Under the pieces are notes generated by a model. That model ran no database searches. It was given only the letters and a program-made list of their open reading frames with translations, and was not told the origin of the DNA. This document shows, in pieces, positions 44,806-64,000 of a stretch of DNA of 64,000 nt; positions within the stretch are counted from its first letter, which is position 1; each line of letters starts with the position of its first letter. A program made the translations under genes and the position numbers. Source of the stretch: the human T2T-CHM13v2.0 reference genome, Homo sapiens; NCBI RefSeq assembly GCF_009914755.1, contig NC_060947.1; one strand, written 5' to 3'.

Positions 44806-45154
44806 TAATTTTTGTATTTTAGTAGAGACGGGGTTTCACCATGTTGCCCAGCTGGGTCTCGAACTCCTGAGCTCAGGTGATCCGCCTGCCTAGGCCTCCC
44901 AAAGTGCTGGGATTACAGGCATGAACCATTGCGCCCGGCCTCAGCAAATAATTATTAAGCTCCTACTATGTTACAAGCATTACCATACTAGGGGCTGCAG
45001 TTGTAAAGATAAGACATCATTTAACGTGCTTTGCCTCTTCCAGTCATCTTAGCAAAATATCCTTCTGTTTGTTATAAAAATTGACTAATTCTGGCTGGTA
45101 ATTGTGTAGCGCTGGTGCACTTGTAAGGAAAGAACCATGTATTTGTATTCAAAC

Positions 45155-46065
<911 letters not shown>

Positions 46066-46204
46066 TAGTAGAGATGGGGTTTCACCATGTTGGTCAGGCT
46101 GGTCTTGAACTCCTGACCTCCAGTGATCCACCTGCCTTGGCCTCCCAAAGTGCTGGGATTAAAGGCGTGAGCCACTGTGCCCGGCCTATTTTTAAAAACA
46201 TTTC

Positions 46205-47666
<1,462 letters not shown>

Positions 47667-47739
47667 TAATTTTTTTGTATTTTTAGTAAAGATACGGTTT
47701 CACCATGTTGGCCAGCTTGGTCTCAAACTCCTGACCTCA

Positions 47740-48012
<273 letters not shown>

Positions 48013-48751
48013 TCAAGAGGCTGAGACTGGAGAATCGCTTGAACCCGGGAGAAGGAGGTCGGCAGTGCACTCCACCCTGGGCAACAGAGTGAGACTTTCT
48101 CAAAAAAAAAATAAGAAAAAGAAAGAAAGATCATCCTTTCGCATTCTCCCAATATAACTGATTTAGGCAAGGGACATCAATGAATGCTAAAACCACATTG
48201 GGTGCAAGGTCAATGGGGAAAAGAATATTCACAATTTATTCTGCAGAAGGATGGGCTCAGTACCAAAAGACTGAAAAAAAAAAAAGAATATTCACACAAT
48301 CTCTAAGTACCTGTGGATTACTTAGTAATTACACAGGGTTGTACCTTTGTGATGGAGCAATCTGGTGGTGACTACTTTATCAAGGTGATGAAATTTAGCA
48401 TCACCAATACTAGGACAACACTGTATTTGACAGTGTACCTTCTGATGGCTGATAAAATATTTAACCTGGGCCGGGCGCGGAGGCTCACTCCTGTAATTTC
48501 CAGCACTTGAGGCGGGCGGATCACGAGGTCAGGAGTTTGAGATCAGTGTGGCCAATATGGTGAAACCCCGGCTCTACTAATCATACAAAAATTAGCCAGG
48601 GGTGGTGGCGCCGAGATCGCACCACAGCACTTTATCCTGGGAGACAGAGCAAGAGACTCCGTCTCAAAAAAAGAAAAAAAAAAAAAGGCCGGGCGTGTGG
48701 TGGCTCACGCCTGTAATCCCAGCATTTTGGGAGGCCGAGGTGGGCGGATCA

Positions 48752-49012
<261 letters not shown>

Positions 49013-49849
49013 TCAAGACAACTTGCCTGGATTCTTCCAAATATTTAGTGTCATGAAAAACAAACAAGAAGGCAGGTGATTCTGGACTAAAGGAAGATGA
49101 CCAAATACAATGCATGAAACGTGAATGGATCCTAGTATTGGAAAAAAGGGAGAATGAGGAAGAGTGCTATGATGTGGTAAAGAAATTATTTCAGTCTATA
49201 TTATCATAATATGTGAAAAAAGCAAGGTGAAAGCCGGGGTGTTGGCTCATGGCTGCAATCCCAGCACTTTGGGAGGCTGAAACGGGCAGATTGCTTGAGC
49301 CCAGGAGTCTGAGACCAGCCTGTGCAACATGACGAAACCCCGTAAAATGTTCCAACTAGGACAACTGGGGAAATTTAAGTGCGGACTCTTCCTTAAATAA
49401 TATTGACTTACTTCCTAAAGTTGTGATAAAGGTACTTTGGTTCCATAGTTAAGATGCTTATTTTTAGGAGTGAAGAACAAGATGCCCATAAATGGTTTAG
49501 AAAAACAAAAATCCTAGCAAAATGTTAACCATTGTGAGTCTAGGTGAGGGGTCAGCTGTTCATTTTACTAAACTTTCACATTTTCCGAAATAAAACGTTG
49601 GGGGAACAAGTATTTTTTTTGAGGCGGGCTGGAGTGCAGTGGCCCGATCACAGGTCACTGCAGACTCCAACTCCTGGCTCCCACCTCAGACCCCCCAACA
49701 GCTGGGACTACAGGCACTGGCCACCACATCTGGCTAATTTTTTTGATTTTGTGTATGGATGGAGTCTCGCTTTCTTGTCCAGGCTGGCCTCATACTCGTG
49801 GGCTCAAGCGATCCTCCCACCTCGGCCTCTCAAAGTGCTGGAATTACAG

Positions 49850-51320
<1,471 letters not shown>

Positions 51321-51537
51321 TTCATTCAGTCTTGGCAGTAGTTATTTGATTCGTCTTCTCTTGTAGTATACTTTAAAGTGTGGGCGATGCAGTTGGCTGT
51401 GGTGCTTTAATAAAGATCTGATCGATGCGGAGTTTGGTAGATGTATATTACAGTTCTCGAACGTGTTGCTTGTTTTGGCACACTGCACAGTCATTTTTCA
51501 TGTGGATTTGTGACTTTGTCGTGGACCAGGGAAATAA

Positions 51538-51789
<252 letters not shown>

Positions 51790-52112
51790 TAAGACGGAGT
51801 TTCGCTCTGTCTCCGAGGTTGGAGTGCAGTGGGGCGATCTGGGCTGACTGCAGCCTCCGCCACCCGGGTTCAAGCATTTCTCCTGTCTCAGCCTCCTGAG
51901 TAGCTGGGACTACAGGCACGCACCACCACGCCCGGCTAATTTTTGTATTTTTAGTAGAGACAGGGTTTCATCATATTGGTCAGACTGGTCTTGAACTCCT
52001 GGCCTGAGGTGATCCGTCTGGCTTGGCCTTCCAAAGTGCTGGGATTACAGGCGTGAGCCACCGCATCCAGCCTGTACATGTACTTTTAAATGGGAATTAT
52101 CTGAGGGAGTGA

Positions 52113-52502
<390 letters not shown>

Positions 52503-52670
52503 TGAATTCTTAGTTAATGACAAGTAGCTTTCTTGTCACCTGGTATTTGAATACCTACAGGGTTTGTGAGATACACTTCAAAGTTGGAAACTATGAAACA
52601 AATTCAGTTTTTGCCCTTAAGGAATGGATAGTTCAAGAAGGATACAACGTCATACATAAGCAATGAACTA

Positions 52671-52982
<312 letters not shown>

Positions 52983-53013
52983 TCACTTTCTTGCCCAGGT
53001 TGGAGTGCGGTGA

Positions 53014-53133
<120 letters not shown>

Positions 53134-53688
53134 TAGTAGAGACAGGGTTTCACCGTGTTAGCCAGGATGGTCTCGATCTCCTGACCTCGTGATCCGCCTG
53201 CCTCGGCTTCCCAAAGTGCTGGGATTACAGGCGTGAGCCACCACGCCCGGCCACATCTGGCCAATTTTTTTGTATTTTTAGTAGAGAAGGGGTTTCACCA
53301 TGTTGGCCAGATTGGTTTCGAACTCCTTACCTCAAGTGACCCTGCTCCCCTCGGTCTCCATAAGTGTTAGGATTACAGGTGTGAGCCACCGCACCCTGCC
53401 TAAAACAATGAACTTGATACCTGCTTGCAAATATGTTTTTTTCCTCTCTGGTATAGGGTGCTACATTGTAGAATCAAAACATCAGACTTAGAAGGTAGAG
53501 TCAGTGAGTGGAAGGAGTCTTAGGAATTATTTATTCGTAATCTCTAGTAGAAAAGGAAAACTTGAACTTTAGAGAACTTTATAATAAAATGTGGGATTTT
53601 ATCAAAAGTAATACAATTAGCTAGTAGTAGACTGACTAATTTAGCTCAGTTCGTTAGACATTGTTTGAGCACTTGTTATGTACTCTAA

Positions 53689-53952
<264 letters not shown>

Positions 53953-54471
53953 TGATCCACCCGCCTCGGCCTCCCAAAGTGCTGGGATTACAGGCATGAG
54001 CCACCGTGCCTGGCCTAGGCAGTGTGTTTCAAAGATAATGAAGTCCGCTGGGTGTGGTGGCTCAGGCCTGTAAACCCAGCACTTTGGGGGGCCCAGGTGG
54101 GCAGATCACGTGAGGCCAGGAGTTCGAGACCAGCCTAGGCAACATGGAGAAACCCCGTCTCTACTAAAAATAAAAAAATTAGCTGGACATGATGTCGTGT
54201 GCCTGTAGTCGCAGCTACTCAGGAGGCTGAGGCGTGAGAATGGCTGGAACCCAGGAGGGGCAGGTTGCAGTGAGCCGAAATGATGCTGCTGCATTCCAGC
54301 CTGGGCGGCAAGAGCTAAATGCTGTCTCAAAAGATAATGAAGTCCATTTTCTGATCTTGAGAAGTTCAATTTAGTGGTCTGGAATCTAGAGGTATTGGTC
54401 CATAGTTCATTTTTGGCACTGCCCTGTTCTACCTCTCACTGCTTGAGACTCCCCCACCCCACCCCACCTGA

Positions 54472-54756
<285 letters not shown>

Positions 54757-55769
54757 TGAAACTTTTATGTGAAGTTGCTCGTTATTTATTCATCGTCCAC
54801 CTCTTCGAACTAGATTTCAGGCTTCTGATAAATGTAGATAAAACCTTGGTAAATACTTGAACTTAGTTTTTTCGGGACAGCTTATGGATTTGAGTGCTAC
54901 TTATATGAAAAGAATTAACTGTGTTGCATATACAAAAAGTAACCCACGAAAAATAGAAGATATAAGCCCTGCCTTTAAGGATATTGTTATCTTTTGGGGA
55001 AGATGATGTGAACAAATGCAGAACAATTATTCATAGTAAGACAAACCACCTATGAGATCATGTTTCTGTATATAGAGTGTTACATTTAGTTTTGATGGGC
55101 TGCAAGAATAGGTAAGTCAATAGCTGTCATTTTTGGGCACCCTGACTGGGGGGACATGGTGGCAGTTATTTTCAGTAGAAGTTATAATTTCCAGGTTTGT
55201 GTTTGTTGTCTTGACTAGGGATGGTAAGGAAAAGGCTGGGAGTTTCCCTAGGTGAGTTTTATGAGCTAACTTCCTATAAAAGGAGGATGCTACATTTGAC
55301 AGAATCTCAGTACTCTGGGATGCTCATTTCTAAGTTCTCTTGTCCTCTAGGGGTGCCTTCACCTATACCCTTAGTTTTTTCCTTCCTTGGCATTGGCTCC
55401 TTTGCATGGCTTGGTTTACAAGGGTGCTTCTTTGGAATAATTGGAAGTGGGTGTAGATTGCTAATAAAGCTTTCATGGAGGTGAATTTTGAGTAAAATTT
55501 TGAAAGTGAGGCAAGGTTTGGTGGAGAAGGAGCAGCAGGGGATTTTGGTTTGGAAACACGGCTTGTCTAAAGGTTTGGAGATATTTAGAAATAAGCAAGT
55601 AGTGTGTGTGGAGGGGGAATTAGCCAGTAGGTTTTCTTGAAAGGAGTAGAAAACATGCTGCCAAATAGCAAGAACCAAGGATAGAGCAATTTCACAGTAC
55701 CTTTATGTATGCATTACTTGGGATTTGATGACATAAGGAATTGCAAACCAACATAGACTGTTGAGTGAG

Positions 55770-56045
55770 AGGCAGGATGGTATAATGAAAAGAAAAGGAT
55801 TTTGGAGTCAGTGTCCTAGGCTTAGAGTGTCATAGATTCAAATTCCAACTCCATATTTAGTGTGACCCTGAGCAGGTTGCTGAATCTCTGAGGCTTGGAT
55901 TTCTCATTTGTAATAATCCCCCAGTTTTCTTGTCTGTAGTAAAGGTGATAATATTCACACTTTTGTGAGAATTGAAGTTCATTATCACATGATGTAAAAG
56001 CACATAGTATAATATTATGGTAAATGCTCTGTAAATATTAGTTGG
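55770..56045 (+). mobile_element. MIR in TAF1 intron 3
   Basis: TTTGGAGTCAG...TTCAAATTCCAACTCC...TGTGACCCTGAGCAGGTTGCTGAATCTCTGAG core. Confidence 0.7.
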
Positions 56046-56206
56046 CTTTCCTTTTTTTCTGCTTTGCTAGTTTACAGTCTTAGAGGCTTCCCTTTCTGAG
56101 GCTTTAGAAGAGTGATACTTGTCGCTCTGGGGTTTTGATTAGTAAAAGAGTGAATGTCACACCAACTTGCAGGCTGTTCTTGCAGGCTAGAGATGTAAAG
56201 TTATTA

Positions 56207-56615
<409 letters not shown>

Positions 56616-56917
56616 CTATAGTCCCAGCTACTCAGGAGGCTGTGGCGGGAAGATAACTTGAGCCCAGGAGTTGGAGGTTGCAGTGAGCTATGATTGAGCT
56701 TCTGTGCTCTAGCCTGGGCAACAGAGCAAGACCCCTGTCTCAAAAAAAAAAAAATACAGGGCTTGGTGAGTGAGGAATTGTGTTGGAAAGAGTGTAGGCT
56801 TTGTTGTTAAACCAGGCTTGCATTCTGATTTTGTCACTTAAAATTCAGTCTCTTCCGTATCTCAGGATAATTCCTGTTTTGAAGTGTTATTGGGAGGATT
56901 ATACATAAAACAGCTAG

Positions 56918-57173
<256 letters not shown>

Positions 57174-57207
57174 TAGCCAGGGTGGTCTCGATCTCCTGAC
57201 CTCGTGA

Positions 57208-57393
<186 letters not shown>

Positions 57394-58934
57394 TGAGTAG
57401 CTGGGACTACAGGCCCGTGCCACCTCTCCCAGCTAATTTTTTGAATTTTAGTGGAGACTGAGTTGCACCATGTTGCCTAGGCTGGTCTTGAACTCCTGAG
57501 CTCAGGCAATCCGCTCGCCTCAGCCTCCCAAAGTGCTGGGATTACAGGTGTGAGCCACCTCACTGGCCCTATACTTACTATTTGTAATGATCAATTGGAT
57601 AAATGTATATTGGGGGTTATGAGATTGATGAAGGAGACAGTGGACTAAAGCCATAAGCTGGGAAAATGCATATGGATGTGATGTTGATAGGGAATTTAAA
57701 AGAGATAAAGGATATTTCAGTGTTTTATAAGGTACAGCTGTTAAATATCTGAGTAGAAAGTTTCCTTAGGAAGCAGAAGAGTCGTGGAGTTGTAGAGGAG
57801 GTAAATTAGGGCCGCATATGTAGATTTGGGTTTAATCTAGGTGAAGGTGATTCTTGAGAGAGGGAATAGGGAACGTATAGGGGAATAAAAGCAGAGTCTT
57901 TAGGACGAATTCTTGAGTGATGCCAATGGTTAAGGGGCAGTGAAAAGAGTAATAAACTGCAGATGACAGATAGAAAAAGTGTGTCATCTCTCATTTGAGA
58001 GATGAAAGACCAGTCTTAAGGGAAACTGACAGAGGGAGAAGATTCCCAAAGTGCTGGGATTACAGGTGCGAGCCACTGTGCCTGGCCCAGTATGAAAATT
58101 CTAAAAAAGATATGGTCAGGAAAGGAGCAAATGTTTCAAGCAGCTCTTGGAAACGCTTTCATATGTTGTATGATTTTTTCTTTTCTTTCTTTCTTTTTTT
58201 TTTTTGAGACAGTTTCACTGTGTCGCCCAGGCTGGAGTGCAGTGGCGCAATCTCGGCTTACTGCAACCTTCACCTCCCGGTTCAAGTGCTTCTTGTGCCT
58301 CAGCCTCCCAAGTAGCTGGGATTACAGGCACATGCCACCACTCCTGGCTAGTTTTTGTATTTTTGACAGAGATGGGGTTTTGTCATGTTGGCCAGGCTGG
58401 TCTCTGAACTCCTGACCTCAGGTGATCTGCCCGCCTCAGCCTCCCAGAGTGCTGGCGTGAGCCACCATGCCCAGCCATCATATCTTGTGTGAGATATTAT
58501 ATATGTTATAGCAATTGACTTGCACCGTGATGTCATCTCTTTCTGAAGGCTAAAGCTATGTTTCAGATAGATATGTAAAATATTTTGAGGCATGGTCTTG
58601 CTCTGTCACACGATTACTGCTCATCAAAGCCTTGACCTCCTGGGCTCAAACTGTCTCCCGACCTCAGCCTCCTGAGTAGCTGGTACTACAGGCGTGTGCC
58701 ACCACGCCTAGCTAATTTTTGTATTTTTTGTAGAGATGGGGTTTCTCCATGTTGTTTAGGCTGGTCTTGAAATTCTGGGCTCAAGTGATCTGCCCATCTT
58801 GGCCTCCCAAAGTGCTGGGATTACAGGCGTGAGCCATCATGCCTGGCCCTCACCTTGCTTTTTTCACTTGTGTGTTCTTAAGGGATATGCATAGTGTTTC
58901 ATGTGGTGCTTTAAATTATTGAGTGGCCCTGTAA

Positions 58935-59393
<459 letters not shown>

Positions 59394-59605
59394 TAGAGAT
59401 TGTCTACTTTTGTCTGAGGAGCAAGTTTTCATTCCTAAGTCCAGGCTTGTGGCACACACATAAGGGACAAACTTAAGCTTATATGAAGGGACAAAACTTC
59501 TAGAAATAATTCATACAATCGCAAATTTTAGTATTAAAGGGAAGTTTTACTTTTAAAACATTTGGCAACAGTATTTTAACATGTGCTCAAGAAATAGTAG
59601 TTTAG

Positions 59606-60030
<425 letters not shown>

Positions 60031-60978
60031 TTAGATGGCTTTATTTTAAATGAAGTGGTTAAATTAGGAAGGTGCCCTGGAATGTTGATAAATCAGATAG
60101 TGTCAACTACCAGATATTCAGAGATTTCAAAGGCTAGTAGAGTCTTCAGTGTTTATCTTACCTATTCCTATAACAGTAACTGTCCTAGGCTTGAAAACTG
60201 GGGAAGAGCAGTGTTTTTGACCTCCTGTATTTTGAGGCTTGTATTAACCTAAATTCTTCCTGTTGGAGTTTTAAGCCATTTCTTTTAACAGTCTGCTAAA
60301 TGTCAGCTGTTAACTTTGTTTTATAGATCTTATTTATGCCAAAGAACCTTAATGTTGTCCCGTGGGCTTAAAAAAATTCTCCAGCTCATGAGTCTCTGAA
60401 CTAGGACTACCTGAGTGGTATAAAGTATTACATAGTTTTGCTATTGGTCACAACATTGGTTACAATATTGGTTACTTATCAGAAAGTAGGGCCAGGTGTG
60501 GTGGCTCACACCTGTAATCCGAGCACTTTGGGAGGTGGAGGCAGATGATTTGAGGTCAGGAGTTCAAGACCAGACTGGCCAAGATGGTGAAACCCCGTCT
60601 CTACTAAAAATGCAAAAATTTAGCCAGCTGTCGTGGCGCATGACTGTAATCCCAGCTACTCAGGAGGTTGAGGCAGGAGAATCACTTGAACCCGAGAGAG
60701 AGAGGTTTCAGTGAGCTAAGATCTCACCACTGCACTCCAGCCTGTGCGACAGAGCAAGACTCTGTCTCAAAAAAAAAAAAACAACAAAAAATCGGAAAGT
60801 AGTAAATGTAGTAATAGTGTTTGTTTTCTCATCACAACCCTAGGGTACCAGGTACGTGGTGAGTTGGGGGACGATGGGAGATAACGAGTTAGAATGAGTT
60901 TTCTGGGTTGCATACTAGTATTATGATTTGGGTGCTTGGGCCTATATCTCCTGGCATTGAGCCATGTGTATAGCCTAA

Positions 60979-61329
<351 letters not shown>

Positions 61330-61704
61330 TGACCTCTTCCAAATAATGAGTTTTGTTGTTAAGATGCTGAGTATGGAATGGGGTTTCCTTACTCAGTGAC
61401 ATATTATTGGCTACATAAGAGCTCTTCACACTGTATTAGGTCTTTTTTTTAAAGTTGTATGTATTGATAGTAAATGTGATTTATGCTGTTCTCATTGGAA
61501 ATTTCTCTGTTATCTTAAAAGAACTAGCCCAAATTATTAAGGAACGCTTCTTTACTTTCTTAGACGTTACAAGTCTGAATGCGACACTCCTTTGTTTCTC
61601 CCCCACATTTGAAGAGATCTCTCAAGGGAGTTTTCAGGCCCAGATGCTGCTGTTTTCCCATCTGACTTTGAGTCTGTGTCATAGTAATGTATTCTGTGTT
61701 CTAG

Positions 61705-61941
<237 letters not shown>

Positions 61942-62261
61942 TGAGATTAAGGCCTATGAGAGGAACAAATGAATTCAATGAGTTCTCCCTAATTTATGTC
62001 TAAATTGTAAATAATACCATAGCAGATAGAATCTGTGCTAATTTTCAATGAGTAATCATGGGTTCAATCTCAGTGGCTGCCCCTTCCCTATTGTAAAAGA
62101 AAAATGTTTGGTGGGGTAGGCGGGGATGAGAGGGGTAGATGGTGATATGCTGCTGAATAAGAAGGTTTGATTGATAGGTGGAATGTGCTATGATACATCT
62201 CCATTGTTTACATTCTAACTCCAGGTAAATCATCCTCAGTTTCTCTAAGTTCCCCTCCTGA

Positions 62262-62573
<312 letters not shown>

Positions 62574-62925
62574 TAAGAAAGGAATCAATGTACTCAGGTC
62601 CTATTACTTTTACTAACTTTACTCTTTAATTGGGGAGATACTGGGTGGTAGGGTTTCTTTGGTGGGAGATTGAGGTGTCTCAGCCTTTTATTTGGTATGG
62701 TGTATCACCCTGGTAGCTAGGTCCTATTCTAAGGATTCTGTTTGTGAAATGAATGCTGTGCCAGACTAGGAGTGGGAAGAGGCAAATATTCCTCCGTTAT
62801 CAGGTGGTTGTTTCAAGTAAAGGACCACTTACAATGTGTCTGATGTATCTTTAATGTGGAATTTGGAGTGGAAACCTTGACCAGTGACCAATCAAGGATG
62901 TGTTTTTTCTTCCCTACTTACACAG

Positions 62926-63133
62926 GAATTTAGGAAACTTGAGGAAAACAATGGCACTGATCTTCTGGCTGATGAAAACTTCCTGATGGTGACACAGCTG
63001 CATTGGGAGGATGATATCATCTGGGATGGGGAGGATGTCAAACACAAAGGGACAAAACCTCAGCGTGCAAGCCTGGCAGGCTGGCTTCCTTCTAGCATGA
63101 CTAGGAATGCGATGGCTTACAATGTTCAGCAAG
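62926..63133 (+). CDS. TAF1: TAF1 coding exon 8 (gene continues beyond the window)
   Basis: Acceptor cttacacag|GAA; [42 protein letters not shown]...[19 protein letters not shown]; donor G|gtgtgc. 208 nt. Confidence 0.95.
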
Positions 63134-63236
63134 GTGTGCTTCTGTGCCAGCTGTGTCTAGCAGATACTGCCCTTAATCTTAGTCACCATAAGTGGGCTCA
63201 GCTGTGATTTTTTTTTTTTTTTTTTTTTTTCGGTGA

Positions 63237-63377
<141 letters not shown>

Positions 63378-63719
63378 TGACTAATTTTTGTATTTTTAGT
63401 AGAGATGGGGTTTCTCCATGTTGGTCAGGCAGGTCTCGAACTCCCGACCTCAGGTGATCACCCGCCTCAGCCTCCCAAAGTGCTGGGATTACAGGTGTGA
63501 GCCACCACGCCCGGCTGGCTGTGATGTTCTGAGCTGCCAAGAGATAGTGAAATTTTTAGGATCTGAGGCCTAATTCTAGTCCCTGTAATTTTTATTTTAT
63601 TTTTATGCTCAACCTGGAGGAAGATAGTCCATGTAATTTTTTGCCCTGTTAAGAAGCTAGGCCAGACTCAGGTTTCTTAAAAACATGTGATAAAGATCTT
63701 TTTTTTTTTTTTTTTTTGA

Positions 63720-64000
<281 letters not shown>

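Overview
Mammalian (human-type) genomic DNA, extremely rich in Alu elements. The right part holds the CpG-island promoter and coding exons 1-8 of TAF1 (TFIID subunit 1, + strand, first ATG at 50417), which places the window at Xq13.1 by recognition. About 14 kb upstream lies a disabled RhoG-like GTPase gene (RHOG2P-type, 36528-37101). It keeps a splice acceptor and has a candidate CpG promoter of its own, so it looks like a dead paralog rather than a retrocopy. The rest is nested transposon debris: a full-length SVA with TSDs, old L1s, LTR8, MER4A, MST, HSMAR2, MER30, MER53, MIR and L2. Almost all ORFs in the supplied track are Alu, SVA or L1 artefacts. The most unexplained structures are (1) an inverted repeat at 878-1262 and 6174-6875 whose 295-bp core is perfectly identical although one arm carries an old Alu, which suggests ongoing gene conversion or inversion; (2) a 270-bp fold-back element with LTR-like ends and a 4-bp TSD; (3) neighbouring AluYs sharing private variants; and (4) two tiny TSD-flanked retro-insertions. 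I see no evidence of a new protein-coding system. Repeat family names and boundaries were assigned by eye and need RepeatMasker/Dfam confirmation.
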